Source: Microcoleus sp.
GTDB taxonomy: Bacteria; Cyanobacteriota; Cyanobacteriia; Cyanobacteriales; Microcoleaceae
Assembly: GCA_042408215.1 (NCBI GenBank)
Contig: JAYFMW010000006.1
Span: 288,001 to 352,000, forward strand
Length of the DNA: 64,000 nt
Direction of reading: 5' to 3'
The position numbers and the translations under genes were made by a program. Positions within the stretch are counted from its first letter, which is position 1. Every line of letters starts with the position of its first letter. This document shows, piece after piece, positions 51,041 through 60,649 of this stretch. The notes beneath the pieces were generated by a model, which made no database searches, was not told the origin of the DNA, and saw nothing but the letters and a program-made list of their open reading frames with translations.

Positions 51041-52657
51041 ATGTTACGAATAACTGAAATAAAACTCCCCCTCGATCATCCAGTAAATGCGATCGCCGAC
51101 AGCATTCTCAAAAAGCTGCACATTCCCCCCGAAGAATTGCTCGGCTATTCCATCTTCAAGCGCAGCTACGATGCTCGTAAAAAACCAGAAATCCTGCTTG
51201 TCTATATTGTGGATGTGGAAACGACACAAGAAAAGCAAATTTTGGCGCGCTTCACAAAAGATCCTCATGTGATGGTAACACCAGACATGAGTTATCGCTA
51301 TGTAGCCGAAGCTCCCAGAAATTTGACGATTCAGCCCATTGTGATTGGTACAGGGCCTTGTGGGATGTTTGCGGGGCTGATGCTGGCACAAATGGGATTT
51401 CGCCCTATCCTTTTAGAACGTGGTAAATCGGTGCGCGATCGCACGGTTGATACCTTTGGATTTTGGAAGAAAAAAACCGAATTCAACCCAGAATCTAACG
51501 CCCAGTTTGGGGAAGGAGGCGCGGGGACTTTTTCCGATGGGAAACTCTACAGCCAAGTTAAAGATCCTCAGCATTATGGACGCAAGGTGTTGACGGAACT
51601 TGTGAATGCGGGAGCTTCACCGGAAATTTTATATATCAATAAACCCCATATCGGCACTTTTAAACTGGTGGGAATTGTCCAAAGTATGCGCGCCCAAATA
51701 GAATCTTTGGGCGGTGAAATCCGGTTTCAAACTCGTGTAGCAGATATTCACATCGAAAATGGAAAAGTCCAGGGACTTACCACCGCTAGTGGGGAATATA
51801 TTGCTAGTAATTATATAGTTCTGGCGGTGGGACACAGCGCCCGCGATACTTTTGAAATGTTGTTTTCGCGCGGGGTTTACATCGAGGCTAAACCGTTTTC
51901 TATTGGTTTTCGGGTGGAACATCCCCAAAGTATTATCGATCGCTGTCGTTTTGGCGATCGCGCGGGCCATAAGCTTTTGGGAGCCGCCGATTACAAACTG
52001 GTTCACCATTGCCAAAATGGTCGTTCTGTGTATAGCTTCTGTATGTGTCCCGGTGGATTGGTGGTGGCCGCGGCGTCAGAACCGGGGCGACTTGTCACCA
52101 ATGGAATGAGTCAATATTCTCGCAATGAACGCAACGCCAACAGCGGAATTGTGGTGGGGATTACGCCGGAGGATTATCCGGGTCATCCCTTGGCGGGAAT
52201 TGAGTTTCAACGTCGCCTAGAAGAACGGGCATTTGAGTTAGGAGGTGGCACTTACAACGCCCCAGGACAGCTTGTGGGGGATTTTTTGGCAAATCGCCCC
52301 TCGACGGCGCTTGGCGCTGTGCAGCCCTCTTATACGCCGGGAGTTGTGATGACTGATTTGAGCGAAAGTTTGCCGGATTATGCGATCGCAGCCATCCGCG
52401 AAGCACTTCCGGCTTTTGACAAACAGATTAAAGGATTTGCGATGGATGATGCGGTGTTGACTGGGGTGGAAACGCGCACTTCTTCACCGATTCGGATTAA
52501 ACGCAGGGAGGATTATCAGAGTTTAAATACAGAAGGTCTTTATCCGGCGGGGGAAGGCGCAGGATATGCGGGTGGAATCCTGTCGGCGGGGATTGATGGG
52601 ATTAAGGTGGCGGAGGCTGTGGCTTTGAGTATTTTGCGTATTGTAAAACTTCATTAA
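51041..52657 (+). CDS. NAD(P)/FAD-dependent oxidoreductase
   Basis: IGTGPCG, FGEGGAGTFSDGKL, FCMCPGG and GEGAGYAGGI; the last codons come from the inserted element. Confidence 0.92.
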   Translation: MLRITEIKLPLDHPVNAIADSILKKLHIPPEELLGYSIFKRSYDARKKPEILLVYIVDVETTQEKQILARFTKDPHVMVTPDMSYRYVAEAPRNLTIQPIVIGTGPCGMFAGLMLAQMGFRPILLERGKSVRDRTVDTFGFWKKKTEFNPESNAQFGEGGAGTFSDGKLYSQVKDPQHYGRKVLTELVNAGASPEILYINKPHIGTFKLVGIVQSMRAQIESLGGEIRFQTRVADIHIENGKVQGLTTASGEYIASNYIVLAVGHSARDTFEMLFSRGVYIEAKPFSIGFRVEHPQSIIDRCRFGDRAGHKLLGAADYKLVHHCQNGRSVYSFCMCPGGLVVAAASEPGRLVTNGMSQYSRNERNANSGIVVGITPEDYPGHPLAGIEFQRRLEERAFELGGGTYNAPGQLVGDFLANRPSTALGAVQPSYTPGVVMTDLSESLPDYAIAAIREALPAFDKQIKGFAMDDAVLTGVETRTSSPIRIKRREDYQSLNTEGLYPAGEGAGYAGGILSAGIDGIKVAEAVALSILRIVKLH

Positions 52658-52897
52658 GATTGTAAGCATCAATAGACAATGGTAGTATCATATAGTCAGA
52701 AGTGTCGATTGATTAACGCCGATGTTAACGGGTCTTACAATATTTTGAGAAAAGCAATCCCAAATGCGTTTAGCGATGGGATAGAGAGCTGCGTAGTTCA
52801 GCCGAGGCGGGTTAATCCGCTCGAAGTGAAAGCGAAAGGGGAGGGACTTCATGCCTCCCACGGCACTGTAATAAATGACTATACTTTTACCAGCTAT
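52642..52897 (+). mobile_element. Internally deleted mini-copy of element B (left end, tnpB 3' tail and omegaRNA region)
   Basis: 52642-52698 matches the reverse complement of 14411-14467; 52704-52897 matches the reverse complement of 13057-13250. Confidence 0.9.
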
Positions 52898-52932
52898 TTC
52901 AGGTTTATGAAGTAGGGACACTCAAGCGTGCT

Positions 52933-53129
52933 CATTGGTGTCAACTTAAGGCCAAACCCTGTCACAGACTACTGTTTGACGATTAAGGCCAGATCCCCCC
53001 TAACCCCCCTTAAGAAGGGGGGGACAGGAGTCCGATCAAAGTCCCCCTTCTTAAGGGGGATTTAGGGGGATCTAGACTTAGGTAAAAGCGAGAGATACCA
53101 AGGGTTTCAGGCTTAAGTTGACACCTATG
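52933..53129 (-). mobile_element. IS4/IS231-like MITE, reverse orientation
   Basis: CATTGGTGTCAACTTAAG...CTTAAGTTGACACCTATG; closely similar to the 36609-36805 copy. Confidence 0.85.
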
Positions 53130-53163
53130 GGCACGCTTGAGTCTCCTCATCAACCAACTGTTT

Positions 53164-53715
53164 TCAAACAGTAGCTAAGCGCGATCGAATTTGAGTATCC
53201 GTATATTCCGGTGTCCAACCGACCGTAGTGGTAAAATATCGCACAGCTTTAATTTTCCGTGTTCCTGTCAAATAAAACCAGTGTTCTGTATTCGCCGGCA
53301 CGTTGATAAATTCTTCCGGCTGTACTGTCACTTCCACTTGGCTACCGTCGGGACGCACAAAACCGAAAATTCCCTCTCCTGCTACGATATAGCGGACTTC
53401 ATCGTCAGCGTGAATGTGACACTTGTCAAATTTGGAGAGCAAAGCATCGAGGTTGGGAATGTCTGGGTGCAGTACAATTAAGTCTCGCGACTGATATCCG
53501 GCGGTTTCCTTGAGTTGTTGAAAGTAGCCGTCGAGGGCTTGCAGGACTTGTTCTTTTTGATTGTCGTCGATCGCATCTTTGGCTAGCAATTCCAGAATTT
53601 CTGGGTTGTCTCCCACGGGCCAACTGTTGAGTTGAATGTTTAAAGGCGCGAGTTCGCGGGCCATATCGCTCAGTTGAGTGTAGGTTGTACCGTCTTCGAG
53701 TCGCAGGATAGCCAT
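53164..53715 (-). CDS. mtnD: Acireductone dioxygenase (methionine salvage)
   Basis: HIHADDEVRY...VPANTEHWF...AVRYF ARD/cupin motif. Confidence 0.88.
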   Translation of the reverse strand: MAILRLEDGTTYTQLSDMARELAPLNIQLNSWPVGDNPEILELLAKDAIDDNQKEQVLQALDGYFQQLKETAGYQSRDLIVLHPDIPNLDALLSKFDKCHIHADDEVRYIVAGEGIFGFVRPDGSQVEVTVQPEEFINVPANTEHWFYLTGTRKIKAVRYFTTTVGWTPEYTDTQIRSRLATV

Positions 53716-53937
53716 TTTTGCACGTTCCTATTTTTGGCGATAAACAGACACAGCGAAAGACGCTTGTCGATCGCGCCTGTATAAGAATTACAATTTTAAC
53801 GTGAATATGAACAGGCAAGATGCCTGTTCCACAACAACTAAAGATCTGTCGCGATAAGATTAATAAGTCAGATGCCAGCTAGCAACCGCTGCGATCGGCC
53901 AACCACTGATATTTTAGATGTAACTTTTGCAACAACT

Positions 53938-54897
53938 ATGCCGACATATACTGGAATTTCTAGCGAAGCTTTTCAGCATCCCCTCGATCGCCAAGCTGAG
54001 GAAGCGTTACGCAGCGTACCTGGATTTGACTTAATTGCCAGCAAATTTGTAGAATTTGTCTACGAACGACCGCAATTTGTTTACCTAATGGGAAATAGCA
54101 TTCAAGTCGGGCCGCGTCAATATGCCAGCATTTATCACATTTTTCGGGAATGCGTGCAGGCTTTAGATGTTTTTCCAGAACCCGGTTTGTTTGTTTCTCA
54201 AAATCCCTCAGTCAACAGTTATGCCCTGGGAAAAAACCAGCCCTATGTGGTATTAAATACTGGTCTTTTAGACTTATTGGATGAGGCCGAAATTCGGGTG
54301 GTACTGGCTCACGAGTTGGGACACATTAAATGCGGTCATCCAACTTTAAATCAAATGGCAATGTGGGCAATGAGCGTTGCTTCAACGATTGGCGAGATGA
54401 CTTTCGGTTTGGGAAATATGGTCGGCAGCGGTTTAATTTACGCTTTTTACGAGTGGCGACGCAAGGCTGAATTATCTGCCGATCGGGCTGGTTTGTTAGT
54501 CACAGATGATTTGAATAGTGTGATGAAAACGATGATGAAACTGGCGGGAGTTAGTAGTAAATATGCTAGTGAATGCAGTTTGCAAGAATTTATCCGCCAG
54601 TCTGATAACTATCAAGAGCTCGATCGCGACAACCTCAACCAAGTGTATAAATTTTTACTTTACAACGGCGGTTCTGGCGCGATGCTGAGTCACCCGTTTC
54701 CAGTGGAGCGCCTGCGATATTTGCGAGACTGGGAAAGTTCCGAGGAATATCGCCAAATCAAGCTGGGGAACTACAAACGGGCGGTATCTGAGGGTGCTGT
54801 TGATGTGAAGTCTCAAACACCTAACAGCGAAGCGGAGGCTCTGCGCCGTCAGATTGAAGAGTTGCAGCGGGAGATCGATCGGCGTAAATCGCGCTGA
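53938..54897 (+). CDS. M48 family metallopeptidase
   Basis: AHELGH, ELSADR, SHPFPVER; ATG at 53938. Confidence 0.92.
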   Translation: MPTYTGISSEAFQHPLDRQAEEALRSVPGFDLIASKFVEFVYERPQFVYLMGNSIQVGPRQYASIYHIFRECVQALDVFPEPGLFVSQNPSVNSYALGKNQPYVVLNTGLLDLLDEAEIRVVLAHELGHIKCGHPTLNQMAMWAMSVASTIGEMTFGLGNMVGSGLIYAFYEWRRKAELSADRAGLLVTDDLNSVMKTMMKLAGVSSKYASECSLQEFIRQSDNYQELDRDNLNQVYKFLLYNGGSGAMLSHPFPVERLRYLRDWESSEEYRQIKLGNYKRAVSEGAVDVKSQTPNSEAEALRRQIEELQREIDRRKSR

Positions 54898-54973
54898 ATG
54901 GTCAGTTCCTCGTCCCTAGGAAGAGCCTAGGAACCATTTAAACCCTCTGTGTATCTCGCTTGTAGCCGAGTTT

Positions 54974-55075
54974 CGATCCCCCTAAATCCCCCTTAAAAAG
55001 GGAGTAGGGTGTGAGTAGGGGGTGACGAAAGAGTGCTTCCGGTTCCCCCCTTTTTAAGGGGGGCTAGGGGGGATC
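54974..55075. repeat. Palindromic-core repeat
   Basis: GATCCCCCTAAATCCCCCTTAAAAAGGG...CCCCCTTTTTAAGGGGGGCTAGGGGGGATC. Confidence 0.8.
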
Positions 55076-55284
55076 AAGTAGCTCATCGTTAGACAGATCG
55101 AGATTATTTGGGAAATTTAGCGGATTTGTGGCAGGGAGAAAGGTAAAAGGAAGGTGGGCAAGAGAGGGACTTACTCGCAACTCGCCTCCAATCTAAAAAC
55201 TGTCCTCTCCTTTCTGAAATCTGTTTCCTAGGAAGTGTAGTTTAAATGAAGATAAGCTTATAACTCAACCGGGCTAGGTAACAA

Positions 55285-55710
55285 ATGATTATTGATAAAG
55301 CAATGAATACTAACAACTCAACCTCTAAATTTTTCGGTAATGTGGGCAAAATTGCGATCGCCCTAACTCTGGTAGCCGCCGGTATGGCCTTTACAAATCC
55401 TGCTAGAGATAAGTATCTAACTTATGCTTCCGGCGTACTCCAAAACGAGCTGGAAAACACTGTGTGTAAAGATTCTCGCGTGCCGAAAGCTTTGAGCGGT
55501 GTTACAGATACTTTGATCGGCAGTTGCAAGAATTTACTGACTTCGCAGCGGGACACGATCGAACGCTTGCTCGACAATACAACCCAGCGTCAGAATTTTG
55601 GTGTTGCCAGTATTTACACCACTGAATTAGGCCAAAAAAGCTATCAAACAGTTGGAGTTTTTGGTAACTTTGTTACCCTACCGCCTGCTGCGAAAGAAGC
55701 TCAAAAATAA
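55285..55710 (+). CDS. DUF4359 domain protein
   Basis: TM segment followed by TNP, TQRQNFG..SIYTT and TVGVFGNF. Confidence 0.8.
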   Translation: MIIDKAMNTNNSTSKFFGNVGKIAIALTLVAAGMAFTNPARDKYLTYASGVLQNELENTVCKDSRVPKALSGVTDTLIGSCKNLLTSQRDTIERLLDNTTQRQNFGVASIYTTELGQKSYQTVGVFGNFVTLPPAAKEAQK

Positions 55711-55827
55711 GATTAAATTAAGTTCAATTGTAGAAACCGGGTTTTGCAGAAAGCCCGGTTTTTACTTAGGTAATTCTATGTAGAGCAAAATTTACAGGCG
55801 GCAGAAAGTCTCGCAACGGCTCAAAAA

Positions 55828-56727
55828 TTGGCGATGGAAGCTGCTGTGATTGTGCAAAAACCGCCTCATACTGTGGAAGTTTGGCATCAGTCGCAAAGTA
55901 AATGGCAACAGGCGATCGCACTTTTAGAAGCGATCGAGCCAACTACGCCTGTTTATAGTTTAGCTCAAAATAAGTTATCTAGTTACCGGGCGAATCAGGC
56001 TGTGATTAATCAAAGAGTTGCGATCGCTCAAAAAGCTGCAAATTTCAGCAATCAAGGTTCTTTGAAAATTCAAAAGGGAGATCTTCCAGGGGCGATCGCA
56101 AATTTCACTCAGGCTTTAGGGCTGAATCCCAACATACCTCAAGCTTACCTCGGATTGAGAATTGCTACTGCCAAACAGGGAAACAAGCAGCAGGCAATTT
56201 ACAATTACGATCGAGCGCTGCAATTTAATCCTCACTTGGCAGAAGCTTATTTTGGTCGCGGTCAAGTATACTATGAATTGGGAAATAAGCAAAGGGCGAT
56301 CGGCGATTACGAACAAGCTATTCGCGTTAATCCTAATTATGGTTTGGCTTATTTGGAACGAGGTGCTATTCGCTGTATGTTGGGAACTAAATCGCAAGCC
56401 GTAGCAGACTTTAACCAAGCGGTCGAACTTTTCTCAAAGCAGGGAGACGGCAAGAATTACCAATTAGCAAAAAACTTTATTAATGAGTGTAAAGAACCGA
56501 TTGTACAGGCTGTAATCTGCGATTATAGCAGGAACATAGACTCCTTGGGGCGACCCTGCGGTCGAGCTTTTAATGCTCCGATTATAATTAGAAGAAAATC
56601 CGCGAACAGGGCCTCAAACTCTGATTCTACTAATGTTAAAAGCAATAGCAGCGATGCCAAAATATCCCCGACTAATTCTGATAGCAGCAGCACCAGAACT
56701 CGCAGCAGGAGAAGAAGTAAAAGGTAA
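55828..56727 (+). CDS. TPR protein, 5' end uncertain
   Basis: TPR repeats (AYFGRG, AYLERG); the frame is open from 55774 without an in-frame ATG until 55834. Confidence 0.75.
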   Translation: MAMEAAVIVQKPPHTVEVWHQSQSKWQQAIALLEAIEPTTPVYSLAQNKLSSYRANQAVINQRVAIAQKAANFSNQGSLKIQKGDLPGAIANFTQALGLNPNIPQAYLGLRIATAKQGNKQQAIYNYDRALQFNPHLAEAYFGRGQVYYELGNKQRAIGDYEQAIRVNPNYGLAYLERGAIRCMLGTKSQAVADFNQAVELFSKQGDGKNYQLAKNFINECKEPIVQAVICDYSRNIDSLGRPCGRAFNAPIIIRRKSANRASNSDSTNVKSNSSDAKISPTNSDSSSTRTRSRRRSKR

Positions 56728-56739
56728 ATCGCATTCCCA

Positions 56740-57918
56740 TTAGTTAATAGATGACAAAATCTGCTGGTAAGCATCAATAGTTTGTTGGGCGATCGCCTCC
56801 CAGTTATAATACTTTTTTGCATACTCTTGGCCGTTCAATCCCCGCCGTTGGCGCTCCTGTGGATCGAGAAGTGCTGATTTGATTAAATTGGCGATCGCCC
56901 CTACTTCCAAAGGCCCCACCCAACCAGCTTCTGCTTGCTGTATGTCTTCCCAAATATGTATGCGATCGGAAATGGCGACAGGTACACCGGCGGCCATTGC
57001 TTCTGCTACAGCAATGCCAAAGTTTTCGTAATAGGAAGGCAATACAAATAAGTCAGCATTTGTCAATAGTTCATTTTTTAAATCCCCGCCCACAAACCCA
57101 GTTATTGTTGTATATTTTGCCAAACTTGAATTCTGTATTTTTAGTTTTATGCCTGTTTCATAATCAGCATCTTGGGGATTTGAACCAGCTAAAATAAACT
57201 GAAACTCTATTCCCGCTTCTAAAATACTTTCTAATGCTGGAATTAGCAAATCAAGCCCTTTTTTAGGTTCAATTCGCGACATAAATAAGATGATTGGCAC
57301 TTGAGATTTTCGCAATCTCTGAGGAAACAAACCTGCTGTCACTCCCAATGGAATCACCAAATCCTGTGGCACAGACATCTTGCTTGTGCAGTCCAAACCA
57401 AATCTTTCTGAGATTTTAGCCTCTTCTTTACTTGTGAAATGAATTGCGGCTGCACCTGCTAAATTAGGGCCTTCTAAAACAGTACCATAAATCTGTTTTA
57501 ACAGCTTTTTCTTCTGCAAATCAGCCGGATCGAGCATACCGCAGGGACGGATAATGTACGGCAAATGATGATATCTTGCAATGGTAGCAGCGAGGGTAGT
57601 TACTGGTGAGAAAAGAGCGTGAATGTGAGCGAGATCAAATTGCCGTGCATTTGCATTTAACCACTGCAATAACGAGAGGGAAAATTTATATCTGCGGCTG
57701 GGAGAACAGCGGAAATAAATAATCTGATAGCCGTTTTGTTGTATTGGTTGATTTAGGGGAACATCTAAGGGAAGTTGACCGATATCTCCGTTAGAATTTG
57801 TGGTGATAATTGTCACATCAATGTTTTTGGAAGCGAGGGCGGCTGAAAGTCCGAGTACCATTTGACTCGGCCCGCCGTAGACGAGGGAAATTGAGGGGAT
57901 AATTTGGAGAATTCGCAT
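56740..57918 (-). CDS. hpsP: GT4 glycosyltransferase, hormogonium polysaccharide HpsP-like
   Basis: MRILQIIPSISLVYGGPSQMV; PSYYENFGIAVAEAM; synteny with hpsN and hpsO. Confidence 0.8.
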   Translation of the reverse strand: MRILQIIPSISLVYGGPSQMVLGLSAALASKNIDVTIITTNSNGDIGQLPLDVPLNQPIQQNGYQIIYFRCSPSRRYKFSLSLLQWLNANARQFDLAHIHALFSPVTTLAATIARYHHLPYIIRPCGMLDPADLQKKKLLKQIYGTVLEGPNLAGAAAIHFTSKEEAKISERFGLDCTSKMSVPQDLVIPLGVTAGLFPQRLRKSQVPIILFMSRIEPKKGLDLLIPALESILEAGIEFQFILAGSNPQDADYETGIKLKIQNSSLAKYTTITGFVGGDLKNELLTNADLFVLPSYYENFGIAVAEAMAAGVPVAISDRIHIWEDIQQAEAGWVGPLEVGAIANLIKSALLDPQERQRRGLNGQEYAKKYYNWEAIAQQTIDAYQQILSSIN

Positions 57919-57943
57919 TGTTAGCACTTTTTGTTATAGGTCG

Positions 57944-58111
57944 TAATACCAGTTTTTTATGAGGCTGCATAGAATCTGATCCCCCCTAACCCCCCTTAAT
58001 AAGGGGGGAACAAGATTCTGCTCAAAGTCAACCCCTACTCACACCCTACTCCCTTATTAAGGGGGATTTAGGGGGATCGAGATATATGCAACGACCCATT
58101 AAATTGGTATA
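57944..58111. repeat. MITE-like element (TACCAGTTT...AAATTGGTA) with palindromic core
   Basis: Short terminal inverted repeats around GATCCCCCCTAACCCCCCTTAATAAGGGGGG...GGGGGATC. Confidence 0.65.
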
Positions 58112-58228
58112 AGATTAAATGAACCGCGAAGGCGCTCATGACGCGAAGAATATCAAGAAGAAGATGCAGTTCTTCCTTCGCGCTAAGAGTGTATTCGCGG
58201 TTTAATCATATAGTTTTATTCCTCAATC

Positions 58229-59401
58229 TTAGGCAAACAACTCTTTATAAAACTCCAGCAATTGTTCAGCTAAAGCTTTATTTGTATAGTTATTCATAAC
58301 TCGATTATAACCCCGAACGCCCAAATCTGCCACCAACTCCGGCCGCTTCATCAATTCATGCAAACACTCTCGCAATTTCTCTGCATTTCCTTCGGGAAAT
58401 ATTAAGCCCGCATCTCCGATGACGTGGGGGATTTCTCCGCAGTCGGAACCGATAACCGGAATTTTACACGCCATCGCTTCGATTAAAACATGGCCAAATT
58501 GTTCTTTCCAACCGACAGTCGTTAAAGTTTTGAATTTATAACTTGTTTGCGATGGCAATACCAAACAATCCATCAAGTTAATATATGGGGGAACGTCTTC
58601 GTGGGAAACGCTTTCTACCCAGATTATTCGGTCGCTGATGCCCCATTCAAGAGATTTTTCGGCAATTTGCGATCGCAATTTTCCTTGCCCTACTAACAGC
58701 CATTTCCAAGGGTGTTTTTTCAAGCCAGCCAAAGCTGACGCCAAAGTTAACAACCCTTTCTCTTCGACAAACCGCCCCACATATCCTACCACAAAATCTG
58801 TAGGTTGAATGCCGAATTTTCGCGATAAATCAGCGTCTTTAGAAGTACGGTAAAACAAAGTTTCATCTACTCCCAATTGTGGCATTACTTCCATCGCACC
58901 TGTGTAGCCCCGCTGGCGCAAAATTTTAGCTCCATCCAGGTTTCCGGCAATAATTCCGTCGGTGTGTTGCAGATTGCAATCTTCTAACACAGAAGCAGGC
59001 CATTTCAATTGATAAGGTAAATTCCACCAGGTAAAAAATATATTTTTTGCTTTGAGATTGAGCAATTTATTTAGTAAAATTAACTGGGCATAGGCTAGGG
59101 ATTTTGAACCTTGTTCTACTTGGATAATCTGCGGTCTAAATTCATGCAAAAGTTTAATTATATCTGTGCAAAATGTTAGCAATCCTTGATTGTTTTGACT
59201 CAAATTGGAGATGGGAACTACTTTAAATGAGCCTTCTTGACAAAATTTCGTTTCTATAATTTTATTTTGTACGCCTCCTGGTTTCCAACGCTTCGGCACT
59301 ACAACTGTTACTTCTATACCGGGTTCTAGGTTTGCTAAAATCTTGAATTTTGCCCGATTTATGTCCACAATATAGGTGTGGCTGGCAACGAGTATTCTCA
59401 T
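58229..59401 (-). CDS. hpsO: GT4 glycosyltransferase, HpsO-like
   Basis: MRILVASHTYIVD; WKEQFGHVLIEAMAC. Confidence 0.8.
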   Translation of the reverse strand: MRILVASHTYIVDINRAKFKILANLEPGIEVTVVVPKRWKPGGVQNKIIETKFCQEGSFKVVPISNLSQNNQGLLTFCTDIIKLLHEFRPQIIQVEQGSKSLAYAQLILLNKLLNLKAKNIFFTWWNLPYQLKWPASVLEDCNLQHTDGIIAGNLDGAKILRQRGYTGAMEVMPQLGVDETLFYRTSKDADLSRKFGIQPTDFVVGYVGRFVEEKGLLTLASALAGLKKHPWKWLLVGQGKLRSQIAEKSLEWGISDRIIWVESVSHEDVPPYINLMDCLVLPSQTSYKFKTLTTVGWKEQFGHVLIEAMACKIPVIGSDCGEIPHVIGDAGLIFPEGNAEKLRECLHELMKRPELVADLGVRGYNRVMNNYTNKALAEQLLEFYKELFA

Positions 59402-59403
59402 TT

Positions 59404-59488
59404 ATTGGAATGGGGAATAGGGAATAGGGAATAGGGAATGGGGAATGGGGAATTGGGAATTGGGCATTGGGCATTGGGCCTAGGCATT
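59404..59488. repeat. Heptamer tandem repeats (GGGAATA/GGGAATG/GGGCATT)
   Basis: Visible directly; similar arrays at 40596-40627 (TAGTCAT) and 40676-40720. Confidence 0.85.
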
Positions 59489-59490
59489 AT

Positions 59491-60462
59491 TTATGCGTTA
59501 ATGTTGTCTTGATTGGTGTAAATTTGTTCATCCTTCCACAAGGATTTAATTATTGTATTGAGAACACTTATAAAACCGATAATGTAAAATGCAAATCTAG
59601 TGATGATTTTAATGGGCGATCGGCTTTTATAGCAAGGTGGATTTCCCAAAACATGGCAGTCAAACAGTTTGGCGAAAAATCGCAGACATTGAAAGACGGT
59701 TAAATTTTTTAATCCCATCAGGAAGTGGTTGTGATAAAATGTTATTTGATATTCGAGCGATCGCGTGCTGACATCGTGACACCCGCCACTCTCTTCCCCT
59801 AAGTGCACTAAACAGGCATTCGGATCGTACCAGATTTTAAAACCGGTCGATCGCAATCTCAAACAAAAATCCGACTCCTCCCGCACAGCACTACCTGCAA
59901 AGCGCTCATCGAAGCTCAAACCGTGCTCGGCAAAAATTGAGGAGCGAAAGGACATATTGCAGCCTCTAGCCGAGAGCACTTGCTGCGGTTTGACTGTATG
60001 TACCAAATCGATAAAATACCAAGCAATCCCTGCATCCATCGCTTCTGGTGGCAAATATTCGATCGCCAAATCGCCTCCAGAAAGATCCAATTTCATCCTA
60101 TCAAAAACCCTACCCGCCACACATCCCACATCCGGTTTTGCTAAATAGTTGCTAGCATGAGCCGCCAAAAAACCATTGGGTAACTGCACATCATCATCAA
60201 TAAATAAAATAATATCCCCAACTGCGCGCCGCACTGCATAATTGCGAGCTCCGGGCAAATTCGCCCAATTTACCCGAAACCATCGAATTTTGCCAGCATT
60301 TGCCAATTGTTCTAAATAAACTTGAGTTTCCGATTCATGGGTGCGAGTTTGATCGATTACTAAAATTTCAAAATTTGAGTAATTTTGTCCCATCAAATCA
60401 GCCAGCGTCTCTCGCAGGGTTTGCTCGCGGTTGTAGGTTGGTATCACAACAGAAATCATCAT
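59491..60462 (-). CDS. hpsN: GT2 glycosyltransferase, HpsN-like
   Basis: ISVVIPTYNR, FIDDD, GCNMSFR, REESDFC. Confidence 0.8.
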   Translation of the reverse strand: MMISVVIPTYNREQTLRETLADLMGQNYSNFEILVIDQTRTHESETQVYLEQLANAGKIRWFRVNWANLPGARNYAVRRAVGDIILFIDDDVQLPNGFLAAHASNYLAKPDVGCVAGRVFDRMKLDLSGGDLAIEYLPPEAMDAGIAWYFIDLVHTVKPQQVLSARGCNMSFRSSIFAEHGLSFDERFAGSAVREESDFCLRLRSTGFKIWYDPNACLVHLGEESGGCHDVSTRSLEYQITFYHNHFLMGLKNLTVFQCLRFFAKLFDCHVLGNPPCYKSRSPIKIITRFAFYIIGFISVLNTIIKSLWKDEQIYTNQDNINA

Positions 60463-60649
60463 TTTGAGTTTTTTATGAATGATTTAACCGCAGAGGGCGC
60501 AGAGGGCACAGAGGAAGAGAGGAGAGAGTTGAATAATTATGATGCTAGCGGATTTGAGCTAACTCATAAATGGGGAAAGCAAACTGGGAAGAGGAAGATA
60601 ATTACCAATTCCCCATTCCCGATTCTCGATTCCCCATGCCCAATTTTCA

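Noticed and set aside
52679..52915. 78-aa ORF as a real gene
   Set aside because: It is the tnpB tail inside the mini-element, not an independent protein.
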